A DNA stretch of 64,000 nt, from positions 1,820-65,819 of the forward strand of contig CAKTZI010000020.1 in the NCBI GenBank assembly GCA_934635385.1, given 5' to 3'. The notes under the pieces are model-generated. The model ran no database searches and was not told the DNA's origin. It was given only the letters and a program-made list of their open reading frames with translations. The position numbers and the translations under genes were made by a program. Positions 20,589 through 29,813 of this stretch are shown piece after piece; the stretch's first letter is position 1; the number at the start of each line of letters is the position of its first letter. This DNA comes from an uncultured Kiritimatiellota bacterium. Lineage in GTDB: Bacteria; Verrucomicrobiota; Kiritimatiellia; RFP12; UBA1067.

Positions 20589-20829
20589 GCTTGTCAGGGG
20601 CCCAGTTTGTCAAATAGGGAAGACACTCTGTAGGTAGCTTGGCGGCCAACACGCTTGCGCGCGCATTCGCCCACGAGCCGGAAAATATGGTATACTACAA
20701 GTGCTTTTGAAGGAGTAGGCTAGGCAAACTGCCGAAACTGGAGAAGGCAAGACCATAGTTCGAGAACTGATTCGGGCGTCAAGCGACTACGTGTGCGCCG
20801 ACTTCCGCGTCCACCCTCGGATACCTTAA

Positions 20830-20990
20830 ATCAATTTGCAACTGCAAAGCGATCGCCTACCGAAATGTGAGAAGTTTCAAAACGGACGATACTGTGCAGG
20901 AAGCGCAATTGCGCTTCCTCTCATTGTGTTTCCGTTTGGGCATTTCTCACAGCCTCGGTAGAAGCACAAAGGGAGGGTTTCTTTTTTGTG
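20830..20990 (+). promoter_or_regulatory. Conserved structured 5' leader (copy A), a candidate cis-regulatory RNA with a terminator/antiterminator, upstream of the zinc-ribbon operon at 21089
   Basis: Homologous to 31172-31332. Shared TCAATTTGCAACTGCAAAGCGATCG box, a covarying hairpin GGAAGCGCAatTGCGCTTCC versus GGGAACGCAtaTGCGTTTCCC, and a terminal GAAGC...GTTTC + T6 hairpin. Confidence 0.5.
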
Positions 20991-21088
20991 TGATTGCCGA
21001 GCGGTGAAAGCAACGCGCCGCATCTTTCGGTCTGCATGGATGCGCCCGTAAAGCAACGCAGACAAGAGAGAAAGGTGAAAGGTAGGCC

Positions 21089-22594
21089 ATGTTTTGCACA
21101 CAGTGCGGTCAGGAAATCAACGACAAGGCGGTCATCTGCGTCAAATGCGGATGCGCCGTCACGCCACAGGCTGCGCAGCCGATTGCGCCAGAAGTCAAGT
21201 CTGCGGACGAACTCCCTGAGAAATGGACATGGGCGTTGGCCACCGTCCCAATTATCGTCTCGTGGATACTGGCAGGGCTGTTGCCGACGGTGTTCGAAAA
21301 TAGCGACCCATCCCGGCTCGCGCACATCACGACCGCCGCGACCATCCTCCTGAATCTCATTTTCCTGTCGCTTGACGTGAAAGTCCTGAAGAAAGCGGAA
21401 CGTGACATCGAGAAGGCCTTATGGCTTGGGTTCATCTTGATCCCGGTCTACCTTTTCGTACGCGCGGCGAAGTATTCAAAGAAATACGCTCCGGCCATTG
21501 TCTGGTGCGTCCTTTTCGTGCTTGACTTGGTTGCCACAACAGATGAATTGGAAGAAAAGCAAGATTCCGCTGAGCAGAACGCAACCTATAGTCTTGAGAG
21601 CAGGGGCGTTCCTGTTGCGCAGGATACGGCGAAAACAGGCGAGATTGAAGACGTGGCTGAAACGGTCAACGAAATCACGGAGAATATCTCGCAAGAGGTT
21701 GTCCCTCCGTCGGACGTTCAAGAAGTTGTCAGTCTGCGGGATTTCGCGGTTCGTGAACCCTATCGAAGCCGTCGCATTGGTGATTTGCGAAAAGGGGCCG
21801 CCTACAAGTATGAGGCCCATCCCGGATACATGGAATCATACAAGGTGTTGCAGGTGGTGTCTGACGGATGCATTCTCGCGATCATGGATGTCGGCGATGA
21901 TCCTGACTTCTCCGAATACACACAAGCCGTTATTTTGGTCAAGACGAAGCGTGAATATGTTGATGACCAGTACCTTGAATCTGGCGTTTACGCCTATCGC
22001 GGAACTTACACATACGAAACTACGTTAGGCGGGTCGAAGACCGTTCCCCAGTTTCAAGAGGTTCGGGTAGATTCTTCACGGGAACGGAAGCCTGCGTCCA
22101 CTTCGAAAATCAATCTGAAAACCATCGTCGCCCGTGAAGACGGAAATGTGGTCGGTATGTTTGGCGTACGGCTTGGTGTTAAGGCGAAGGCCCTGTCGGA
22201 GAAAGACGTTGGGGCGATTGGCAAGCCAATTGTCGTTCCTGAATCTCAGGGTGGCGGCCTTTTGTACAGGTACGACTATCGGGGGAATCGTGGCATTTGG
22301 GACATGTTTACATTCCAAACGGAAGGCGAAGACAGCCCGGTGTTTTGCGTGGAAGCGGTTAAGTCTTATGATAACGAGGCGATGGCGTTGTCCGGCGCGC
22401 AGAGTCTTCTTGTGTTGCTGAAGAACCGTTATGGCGTTTCCATGACGAAGAATCAAATGGCAACGAAAGTCCATGCCTGGTTTCAGATCCTTAAGCAACC
22501 GCACAACACCGTCCTCGCGACTGTAAAGGTGGCCGGAAAAGAAGGAACCTACCTTTTGTCCTATTCAATGATGGCGCTTCCCCCAGACACGTGA
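21089..22594 (+). CDS. N-terminal zinc-ribbon multi-TM membrane protein with a C-terminal globular domain (501 aa)
   Basis: MFCTQCGQEINDKAVICVKCG, then 4 TM segments. The C-terminal segment YLESGVYAYRGTYTYETT is shared with the lipoprotein at 27293. Confidence 0.6.
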   Translation: MFCTQCGQEINDKAVICVKCGCAVTPQAAQPIAPEVKSADELPEKWTWALATVPIIVSWILAGLLPTVFENSDPSRLAHITTAATILLNLIFLSLDVKVLKKAERDIEKALWLGFILIPVYLFVRAAKYSKKYAPAIVWCVLFVLDLVATTDELEEKQDSAEQNATYSLESRGVPVAQDTAKTGEIEDVAETVNEITENISQEVVPPSDVQEVVSLRDFAVREPYRSRRIGDLRKGAAYKYEAHPGYMESYKVLQVVSDGCILAIMDVGDDPDFSEYTQAVILVKTKREYVDDQYLESGVYAYRGTYTYETTLGGSKTVPQFQEVRVDSSRERKPASTSKINLKTIVAREDGNVVGMFGVRLGVKAKALSEKDVGAIGKPIVVPESQGGGLLYRYDYRGNRGIWDMFTFQTEGEDSPVFCVEAVKSYDNEAMALSGAQSLLVLLKNRYGVSMTKNQMATKVHAWFQILKQPHNTVLATVKVAGKEGTYLLSYSMMALPPDT

Positions 22595-22645
22595 AGCCAC
22601 GGATGATGCGAATCAGCACGAGAAACAAGAGCATCAGAAAACCAC

Positions 22646-22990
22646 TTGATTATGTTCTGCCGACACTGCGGACACGAAATCAATAGCAAAGCGGTCCTCT
22701 GCCTGAATTGCGGATGCGCCGTCGATTCTGCCGAGCCGATGCCGGAGGCGTCAGCCCAAGCCGCCGTTCGCCCGAACGAATGGCTGGCGGCCGTCCTCCT
22801 GTGCATCTTTCTCGGCTCTCTCGGAATCCACCGCTTCTACACGAAGAACACGGCGGTCGGTGCCGCGCAGCTCGTCCTTGGGCTGCTCACCTGTGGCGTC
22901 GTCAGCTGGATTTGGTCGTTCATCGACATGATCATGCTTTTGACCGGCAGCTACACAACGGGTGACGGTCGTTTCCTGACAAAAAACTAA
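22646..22990 (+). CDS. Zinc-ribbon + TM2-domain protein
   Basis: MFCRHCGHEINSKAVLCLNCG, then WLAAVLLCIFLGSLGIHRFYTKNTAVGAAQLVLGLLTCG (TM2 signature). Confidence 0.7.
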   Translation: MIMFCRHCGHEINSKAVLCLNCGCAVDSAEPMPEASAQAAVRPNEWLAAVLLCIFLGSLGIHRFYTKNTAVGAAQLVLGLLTCGVVSWIWSFIDMIMLLTGSYTTGDGRFLTKN

Positions 22991-23015
22991 ACACAACGAA
23001 AGAGAGGTAGGTAGT

Positions 23016-23375
23016 ATGTTCTGCAAGGAATGCGGAGCCCAAATCAATGACAAGGCGGCGATATGCCCTAAATGCGGTGTGCCGGTCGCGTCGGCCAAGC
23101 CGGCCTTGGCGGAAAAGGAGAAGGTCTCGAACCACATGATCGAGGCGATCATCGTGACGCTTTTCTGCTGTCTGCCGTTCGGCATCGTTTCAATCGTCTA
23201 TGCGTCGAAGGTCAACGCGCGGCTTGCGATAGGGGATGTCGAGGGCGCCAAGGCGGCTTCACGTTTGGCCAATCGGTGGCTGCTGACGGGCGCGGGCCTT
23301 GCCGGTGCCCTTGGCCTTCTGTGGGCGGCCTTGTGCGCGCTGGGCGTGGTGAGCGAGGAAATGCTGGCGCTGTAA
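23016..23375 (+). CDS. Zinc-ribbon + CD225/dispanin-like membrane protein
   Basis: MFCKECGAQINDKAAICPKCG, then TLFCCLPFGIVSIVYASKVN (CD225-like). Confidence 0.65.
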   Translation: MFCKECGAQINDKAAICPKCGVPVASAKPALAEKEKVSNHMIEAIIVTLFCCLPFGIVSIVYASKVNARLAIGDVEGAKAASRLANRWLLTGAGLAGALGLLWAALCALGVVSEEMLAL

Positions 23376-23399
23376 AAGGAGCGCACCAAGAGGGATCTG

Positions 23400-23813
23400 A
23401 TGTCGTTTGTCCCTGCGGATCGAACGTTGTGCGACACGTCGGGCGATTCTGCTCGGCGTGCCGCGCGGCGTCCAAGATGGTGGGCGTTCATGATTGCTGC
23501 GTTCGCGCTTGCCGCCCTCGCGTTCCTCTACTTTTGCAATCCCTCCGACGTGCCGTATTTCCCACGCTGTCCGTTTCTGGTGCTGACAGGTTACCAGTGT
23601 CCGGGATGCGGGACGCTGCGCGGTATCCACAGTCTGCTGCATTTCAGATTTCGGGACGCTTGGGGCTACAATCCGTTTCTGGTCGTCTCGATTCCCCTGA
23701 TCGCGGCACTTGTGCTGTCCCCTCGCTTTCGCAGAAGCCCGCATGTGTCCAAAACGGGTCTCACGGCAATTCTCGCCTATTGGCTGTTGCGTAATATGGG
23801 GCTTGGGAGATAG
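23400..23813 (+). CDS. DUF2752-like membrane protein (CPxCG motif)
   Basis: FPRCPFLVLTGYQCPGCGTLRG plus TM helices. Confidence 0.5.
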   Translation: MSFVPADRTLCDTSGDSARRAARRPRWWAFMIAAFALAALAFLYFCNPSDVPYFPRCPFLVLTGYQCPGCGTLRGIHSLLHFRFRDAWGYNPFLVVSIPLIAALVLSPRFRRSPHVSKTGLTAILAYWLLRNMGLGR

Positions 23814-23825
23814 TGTCATTAGCTG

Positions 23826-25400
23826 GGGTCTGACACCCGTGGTAGGGTACAAGTGGTAGGGTTCGGCGGATTGAGGGGCCTGTCCCCAATCTGAACCGCA
23901 GAAAACGTCGAGAAATCGGACATTTTGAGCAGATAGCCTAAAATGAGGTATAATGTAGAACAAGTTCCTTTTTCACGGTGGAGAAGGACTTGTTCCTTGA
24001 CAACTGGCTGGATGGCATACGACTTGCAAACATGCCGACGCGCGCCTGCGCCGCGAAGCGCCGCGCGCGTCGGCATGTTCACAAGTCTTTCCGCCGGAAG
24101 CGGAAGATCCTCCCATTTGGTACAATGTGAGCTGGAGCGCACTGGCCACGGTGGCCGTGCAAAACACAGACAGACAGGAGGAACCAAATGAACGGAGAGT
24201 ATCATGCCACAATCGGCATGGACGTGAGCGACCGCACGACGAAAGTCTGCGTCATGTCCAAGGAGGGCGGCGCGAGGCGCATCCTCGAGAAGACGACGAT
24301 ACCCACGACGGGGGACGGGCTCCGGGCGTACCTTTCCGGCAAGGGCGCGGACTGGCCGGTGGTGTTCGAGACCGGCGCGCACTGCCGCTGGATGAGGCGC
24401 GAGGTCGAGTCCCTCGGCATGAGGGCGATCGTCGCCAGCCCGTCGAGGCTGCGGATGGTGACGGAGTCCGACACGAAGGACGACCGCAACGACGCGAGGG
24501 ATCTTGCGAGGCTCGCCCTCGCCGACGCGGAGCTGCTGCACCCGGTGAGGCTGCGCGGCGAGCGGTGCCAGCAGGCGCTGCGGCTGCTGAAGGCGCGGGA
24601 CATGCTCGTGAAGGTCCGCACGATGCACGTGAACGAGCTCAGGGGGTTCGCGAAGTCCATGGGCTTCAGGCTGCCGGACTGCCCCGCCAACAGGGCGCAC
24701 GCCATGGACAGGTCCGGGCGGCCCGCCGACTTCGAGGCCGTCGCCTGGCCGCTGATGGGCGTGCTGGAGACGGTGGACGTCAAGACAAGGGCCTGCGAGG
24801 CCCAGGTCCGGGCGCTCGTTCGGCGGCTGATGGTCGAGGCGGCGCAGATTGCCCTGCGAAGCGCCGCGAAGGACACGGACGCGAAGCTCAGGGGCGAGCG
24901 GATGTGCGCCAGGGGCGGCAGGATCGCGAAGAGGAAGGCCCTCGTCGCGGTGGCGCGCTGCCTCGTGGTGACGGCGGCGGCGCTCCTGAAGAGGCCCGAC
25001 GCGAAGTACGTGCCGCTGTCCGAGGCGGCCAGGCGCGAGTTCGAGGCGATGCGCGCGTCTGAGGCGTAGCCCGTCCGGAGGGAGGCTGCGGACACGGGGC
25101 GAAGACGACGGTTTCGGCGAAAAGCAAAGATGTCGCGTCGCGGGAGAGTGCGGACTTGGATTCTGCATCATCGAATGCGCCAATGAGGCAGCACCCCCGC
25201 CGACGCATTATAAGGTGCGCGGGCGACGAAAGTCCCAGAGCGCGGATAGGAGAAGGACATCACCTGCTTTCGCGGCCTGCGGAATCGCTCCGCGATGGCC
25301 TATTGACTTTTGTTCTCATAGGAGGTCTGATGCGGAAAATTCTGTGAGCAAAAAGTGTCAGACCCCAATGGTGGGGTTCGCGTGGTAGGGTTTGCGGGCG
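23826..25400 (+). mobile_element. IS110-family insertion-sequence-like element (boundaries approximate) flanked by ~45-bp direct repeats
   Basis: Flanks gtctgacacccgtggtagggtacaagtggtagggttcggcgg (23828-) and gtcagaccccaatggtggggttcgcgtggtagggtttgcggg (25357-). About 360-nt structured non-coding left arm, then a DEDD-type transposase. Confidence 0.6.
24188..25069 (+). CDS. IS110-family (DEDD) transposase/recombinase, short (293 aa)
   Basis: N-terminal YHATIGMDVSDRTTKVCVM (the IGIDVSK motif), LVKVRTMHVNELRGFAKSMGFRL, and C-terminal ALVAVARCLVVTAAALLK. Confidence 0.7.
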   Translation: MNGEYHATIGMDVSDRTTKVCVMSKEGGARRILEKTTIPTTGDGLRAYLSGKGADWPVVFETGAHCRWMRREVESLGMRAIVASPSRLRMVTESDTKDDRNDARDLARLALADAELLHPVRLRGERCQQALRLLKARDMLVKVRTMHVNELRGFAKSMGFRLPDCPANRAHAMDRSGRPADFEAVAWPLMGVLETVDVKTRACEAQVRALVRRLMVEAAQIALRSAAKDTDAKLRGERMCARGGRIAKRKALVAVARCLVVTAAALLKRPDAKYVPLSEAARREFEAMRASEA

Positions 25401-25561
25401 CAGATGTTCGGATGCGATCGCGCGGTGTAAATGTCGTTCGGGCGGATGGCCAGCAAGATCGTCTTCGGTTATGGTATACTAAGGTTGTTTCGATTGGAGT
25501 GCTAATCGAATCGAAATCGACGGGAGTTGATGCCGAATCGACGCAATGAAAGGGTCTTAAG

Positions 25562-26515
25562 ATGAACGAGAAAAACCAGCTTGTGCTATTCAAGTCGAAA
25601 GACGGGCAAGTCAGCTTGCCCGTGACGCTGGAGCGCGAGACCGTCTGGCTTTCGCAGCGGCAGATGGCGGATCTGTTCGGGAAAGACCGAACGGTCATCG
25701 GACGTCATATCCGAAATGCGATAGATGAAGGTGAGATTGACGAGAAAGTGGTATGTGCAAATTTTGCACATACCACTCGTCACGGCGCGATGGAGGGACG
25801 TACTCAGAGCCAGAATGTCATTTACTACAATCTCGATGTCGTGATTTCGGTTGGCTATCGTGTGAAGTCGCAGCGCGGCGTCGAATTCCGGCGTTGGGCG
25901 ACGTCCGTGCTGCGCGACTATCTGCTCAAGGGCGCGGCTGTCAACGAAATGCGTCTGCGTCAGCTCGGACAGGCCGTCGAGGTGATGAAGCGCGTCTCGA
26001 ACCGACTGGACGCGGAACAGGTCTTGGATGTCGTCAAGGCGTACTCGTCGGCACTCGACCTTCTGGACGCCTACGACCATCAGACGGTTGGCAAGCCAAA
26101 AGCGCGGGCGCGCTCGGTCGAGCTGACTTACGCGGACTGTCGTGCGTTCATCGACAGCATGAAGTTCGCCGAGACGTCGCCGCTTTTCGGCAACGAGAAG
26201 GACGGCTCCTTCAAGTCAGCGTTGGGCGCGGTCTACCAGTCCTTCGGCGGAAAGGATCTCTATCCGTCGGCACAGGAGAAGGCGGCGAACCTGCTTTATC
26301 TCGTCACGAAGAACCACGGCTTCTCCGACGGGAACAAGCGCATCGCGGCTGGGCTCTTTCTCTATTTCCTCCAGCGCAACAGACTGCTGCTGCGCAAGGA
26401 CGGCTCCAAGCGCATCGCCGATTCGACGCTTGTCGCGCTGACGGTCATGATCGCCGAGTCGCGTCCGGCAGAAAAGGAAATGATGGTCAACCTCGTCATG
26501 ACCTTCTTGGCCTGA
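25562..26515 (+). CDS. RhuM-family N-terminal domain fused to a Fic/Doc domain
   Basis: RhuM-like VIYYNLDVVISVGYRVKSQRGVEFRRWATSVLRDYL. Doc-type motif HGFSDGNKR. Confidence 0.75.
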   Translation: MNEKNQLVLFKSKDGQVSLPVTLERETVWLSQRQMADLFGKDRTVIGRHIRNAIDEGEIDEKVVCANFAHTTRHGAMEGRTQSQNVIYYNLDVVISVGYRVKSQRGVEFRRWATSVLRDYLLKGAAVNEMRLRQLGQAVEVMKRVSNRLDAEQVLDVVKAYSSALDLLDAYDHQTVGKPKARARSVELTYADCRAFIDSMKFAETSPLFGNEKDGSFKSALGAVYQSFGGKDLYPSAQEKAANLLYLVTKNHGFSDGNKRIAAGLFLYFLQRNRLLLRKDGSKRIADSTLVALTVMIAESRPAEKEMMVNLVMTFLA

Positions 26516-26712
26516 GAAAAGAATGTGTCTGCCCCACTCTTGTCCGTCCTGTTTGAGTCTTGCGCAGAAAACGAAAGACCCGCCGTCGGCATCGCTCGTT
26601 GCGACGGTCTCGTTTTTGGTATAATTCACTGTGCACGGTTCGCTTGTACGGTTCCGCGTTTCATGTCATGAAGCGGAGCGTATGCGACGACAGACAATCA
26701 GGAGGCAACAAA

Positions 26713-27282
26713 ATGAGGAAGAACTTTGGGCCCAAGGCGTGGCTCTATCCGATGCCGGTGCTGATCATCGGCTCGTATGACGAAAACGGAATCGCGGATG
26801 CGATGAACGCGGCATGGGGCGGCATCTCGCTCGAAGACCGCATCTCGATCTGCGTGGACGATGCGCACAAGACGACAGCGAACGTGCTTGCGCGCAAGGC
26901 GTTCACGGTACACGTTGCGGATGTGAAGAACCTTGTCGCGTGCGACTACGTGGGGTGCGTCTCGGCAAACAAGGCGCCCAACAAGTTGGCGAAGACGGGA
27001 TGGACGGTCACAAAGAGCGCGTTTGTTGATGCGCCCGTGATCGAAGACCTGCCGATGGTGCTGGAATGCGAACTCGTGAGCTACGACAAGTCCGACTGCC
27101 GGATGGTCGGCAAGATCGTCAATGTCGGCATCGACGAGTCGGTCCTGACGCCCGACGGCAAAGTCGATGTCGCGCGACTCGCGCCAATCACATTCGATCC
27201 GGTCAACCACGTCTACCATAGGCTCGGTGAAACCGTCGGCACAGCGTTCAAGGCCGGACTCGCGTTGTCCGCCCGTGTGTAA
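26713..27282 (+). CDS. Flavin reductase-like FMN-binding split-barrel protein (start at MRKNFGPK after RBS CAGGAGG)
   Basis: WLYPMPVLIIGSYDENGIADAMNAAWGG is typical of this family. Confidence 0.7.
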   Translation: MRKNFGPKAWLYPMPVLIIGSYDENGIADAMNAAWGGISLEDRISICVDDAHKTTANVLARKAFTVHVADVKNLVACDYVGCVSANKAPNKLAKTGWTVTKSAFVDAPVIEDLPMVLECELVSYDKSDCRMVGKIVNVGIDESVLTPDGKVDVARLAPITFDPVNHVYHRLGETVGTAFKAGLALSARV

Positions 27283-27292
27283 GGGTACGCTA

Positions 27293-27724
27293 ATGATGAA
27301 GTGTGTTTCTGCTTTTGTGGTTGCCGCATTGATGGCGTGTGGCGGATGTGCCTCGTCACAGATGACGGCAGATGGTCGCCGAGTTGAAAATGTTTCGTTG
27401 CGGTCAATGTCGCACAATACGCATTCGCCAGAGGTTGGCAAGATTTATGTCCACAAAGGTGGACGAACCATGAATGTGATTCAGACTTTGGAGGAGGGGG
27501 TGTTGGTGCACCCCGTTGTGGGCGAGATGGAGTTTGAATGGAGAGGTATGGCTACAGTTAATGACAAGATGACTATTTACGTTGAGACCTCGCAAAAGTA
27601 TCTTGATGACGAATTCCTGAAAGTGGGCCTTTACGAATACGTCGGACGATACACTTACACGGTCATACACGATGTCCGACGAACAGTCCGTTGGTTTCGT
27701 GAAGTCAAATCTGCGACGGAGTGA
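27293..27724 (+). CDS. Putative lipoprotein (lipobox LMACGGC) sharing a C-terminal domain with the 21089 protein
   Basis: MMKCVSAFVVAALMACGGCASS. ...YLDDEFLKVGLYEYVGRYTYTVIHD parallels ...YVDDQYLESGVYAYRGTYTYETT. Confidence 0.5.
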   Translation: MMKCVSAFVVAALMACGGCASSQMTADGRRVENVSLRSMSHNTHSPEVGKIYVHKGGRTMNVIQTLEEGVLVHPVVGEMEFEWRGMATVNDKMTIYVETSQKYLDDEFLKVGLYEYVGRYTYTVIHDVRRTVRWFREVKSATE

Positions 27725-27756
27725 TATCCTATTGCTCCGGCATAAAAAGGATTGAT

Positions 27757-27860
27757 AAACTCCGATGATTGATGCTCTCGCGCGGCCTACGAGTAAAGGC
27801 AAATTCTATTCCGCGAACATTCGCGGCAAGTTCGACGGACGAAAGCTCCAATCCCAAACC
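27757..27860 (+). repeat. Composite remnant: hairpin-repeat left arm (as at 33029) joined directly to the 3' end of the KTSC gene (as at 34663-34735)
   Basis: aaactccgatgattgatgctctcgcgcggcctacg, then aaaggcaaattctattccgcgaacattcgcggcaagttcgacggacgaaagctc, near-identical to the end of the 34068 gene (KGKFYSANIRGKFDGRKL). Confidence 0.6.
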
Positions 27861-27986
27861 TATTCCGAGGCTGCGGTTGTTTTTAACACAGAGCGGCCTA
27901 CGGTCGGGCGATGAGAGACGACAGGGAGATACGCTTCGCGCCCTCTCCTTGCCCCACGAGGCGGCTCTGTGTTTCATCATCCGTTG

Positions 27987-28856
27987 TCAAAATGCGAGTA
28001 GCCGCGCCGGCGGAAGTTTGAGCGTGTCCAGCGCCGAGAACCAGGAGTCGAGGCTGAGAGCCTTGTCGTTGAAGTTGTTCGTGCCAAGGGAAATGAGACA
28101 ACCCGATTCGCGCGCGAACTTCAAGTAGCGCGGATGCTGTTGAAACGGCGACTCGGCTTGAACTTCCATCGCGATGCCCTTTTTCTTCGCTTTCGCGAAG
28201 AGGGCTTTCAGTCGTGCGTCCGTCCAAAGTTTGTCCCACTGGCTTTCAAGCGCTTTGGGGAGATAGGTCGGGTTCGCCAAGATGGTGATGGGTTCGTCCA
28301 ATATCTGCATGTTATGCGCGAAATAGCGTTCCATCCACGCTTCGGGATTGGGAATCGGAAAGTCTTCCCAGAGTTTCTGGCCGTCCATGATCAGCGCATC
28401 CGCGAGGATGAAGTCCAGTCGGCTGCGCGTGGCCGCATCGATCTGCCGATACCAGTCGCGGTCGTTGACCTGCGCGCCCACGCGGATGAGACGACCCTCC
28501 GCAAGGCCCCTTGCGCGGGCCGCGTCGATGAAGGCGTTGAGCTTTTCGTTCGTGTCGATCTCCCAGCCGCGTCCGTGATTGGCGATGAATGCGGACGCGA
28601 TGCCGGAGGCCCGTTCGCGCGCCAACGCATTCTCGACGGTCATGCCACCGCGCAGGTGGATGTGGAAATCGCAGAGTCGAAAACCTTGGCGCAGAAAAGC
28701 CTGCACATGTTCCGTTGTCGATTCCGGATAGAGCCAGGGCGCATCGGCCCTTGTGGCGTATTCGCAACCTGGCGGCGGACAGACGCATCCCGGAAAGGCC
28801 GCGACGGCGGAACACGTTCCGAGGATGCCCAACATTTGTCGACGTGTCACGTTCAT
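27987..28856 (-). CDS. Tat-signal secreted putative metal-dependent hydrolase (289 aa from MNVTRRQMLGILG)
   Basis: Twin-arginine motif TRRQML plus AVAAFPG. FHIHLRGG metal-binding-like motif. RBS AAAGGAGAA. The 670-aa ORF-track model is an upstream artefact. Confidence 0.5.
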   Translation of the reverse strand: MNVTRRQMLGILGTCSAVAAFPGCVCPPPGCEYATRADAPWLYPESTTEHVQAFLRQGFRLCDFHIHLRGGMTVENALARERASGIASAFIANHGRGWEIDTNEKLNAFIDAARARGLAEGRLIRVGAQVNDRDWYRQIDAATRSRLDFILADALIMDGQKLWEDFPIPNPEAWMERYFAHNMQILDEPITILANPTYLPKALESQWDKLWTDARLKALFAKAKKKGIAMEVQAESPFQQHPRYLKFARESGCLISLGTNNFNDKALSLDSWFSALDTLKLPPARLLAF

Positions 28857-28958
28857 TTTCTGTTCTCCTTTTGCGGTTAAAGAAACGTGGGCATTATACT
28901 CTCTCGGACACCTGTCGATCAATAGATTATTGTCCAAAAATATTGTATAATCTTCGCC

Positions 28959-29813
28959 ATGTTCATTGACCCGAAAAAGAACTTCTGGATAGAGGAGGCC
29001 GTGCTTTCGCCGTCCGCGCAGATTCCGTCGCACGTGCATCGCGACACATGGGAACTCAACTTCACCAAGTGCGGGAACGGCGTCCGCACGCTCGGCGACT
29101 CGACGGAACCGTTTGCCTGTGGCGATGTCGTCTTGACGCCGCCGCGCGTGAAGCACTTCTGGGACTTTCGTCCGTGGAAGAAGAAATTCTGCACCTACTG
29201 CGTCTTCATTCGCGAACGCTGGATTGATGAGTTGCAGCGAGTCATTCCGACGCTCACTATCGACTTTGCGCCGCTTCTGCGCACCCCAGTCTCCATTGTC
29301 GCGCACGGAAGTCTTCGTGCGAAGGCGCGAAAGATCCTTGAAACGCTCAGCGCACAAGGCGAGTCGGAACAGTCTCTCCGCATCGTGAAACTCCTCCTTC
29401 TTTTTTCGCAGGCCTCGGAGGATGCCGAGCGCATTCGGCATCCAGCGGTGCTTGCGCCCGAAGAGCAGGCGCGTGAGGACTTGCGGCTTTATTTCATTTG
29501 CAATTACATGCGCCCGATTCGGCTTGACGATGCGGCGCGAGAATTCGGGAAGAGCCGTAGCGGATTTTGCGACTATGTGAAACGCATCACGGGAAAGACG
29601 CTTGTCGAGTGCCTCATGGAAACGCGCATGGAGAAGGCGTGCGAACTGCTTGCGACGACGACGGCGTCCGTCGCCGAAATCGCCGTGCGAGTCGGAATTG
29701 AAGATGCGGCGTATTTCTCGCGCATCTTCTCGCGGCGCATGGGCATGAGCCCGCTGGGCTGGCGCAGACGCAAGAGCAAAGACATGGCACACTGCGAAAC
29801 TTCGTTGGCATGA
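28959..29813 (+). CDS. AraC-family transcriptional regulator with N-terminal cupin domain
   Basis: C-terminal HTH RLDDAAREFGKSRSGFCDYVKRITGKT...VAEIAVRVGIEDAAYFSRIFSRRMGMSP. Confidence 0.85.
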   Translation: MFIDPKKNFWIEEAVLSPSAQIPSHVHRDTWELNFTKCGNGVRTLGDSTEPFACGDVVLTPPRVKHFWDFRPWKKKFCTYCVFIRERWIDELQRVIPTLTIDFAPLLRTPVSIVAHGSLRAKARKILETLSAQGESEQSLRIVKLLLLFSQASEDAERIRHPAVLAPEEQAREDLRLYFICNYMRPIRLDDAAREFGKSRSGFCDYVKRITGKTLVECLMETRMEKACELLATTTASVAEIAVRVGIEDAAYFSRIFSRRMGMSPLGWRRRKSKDMAHCETSLA

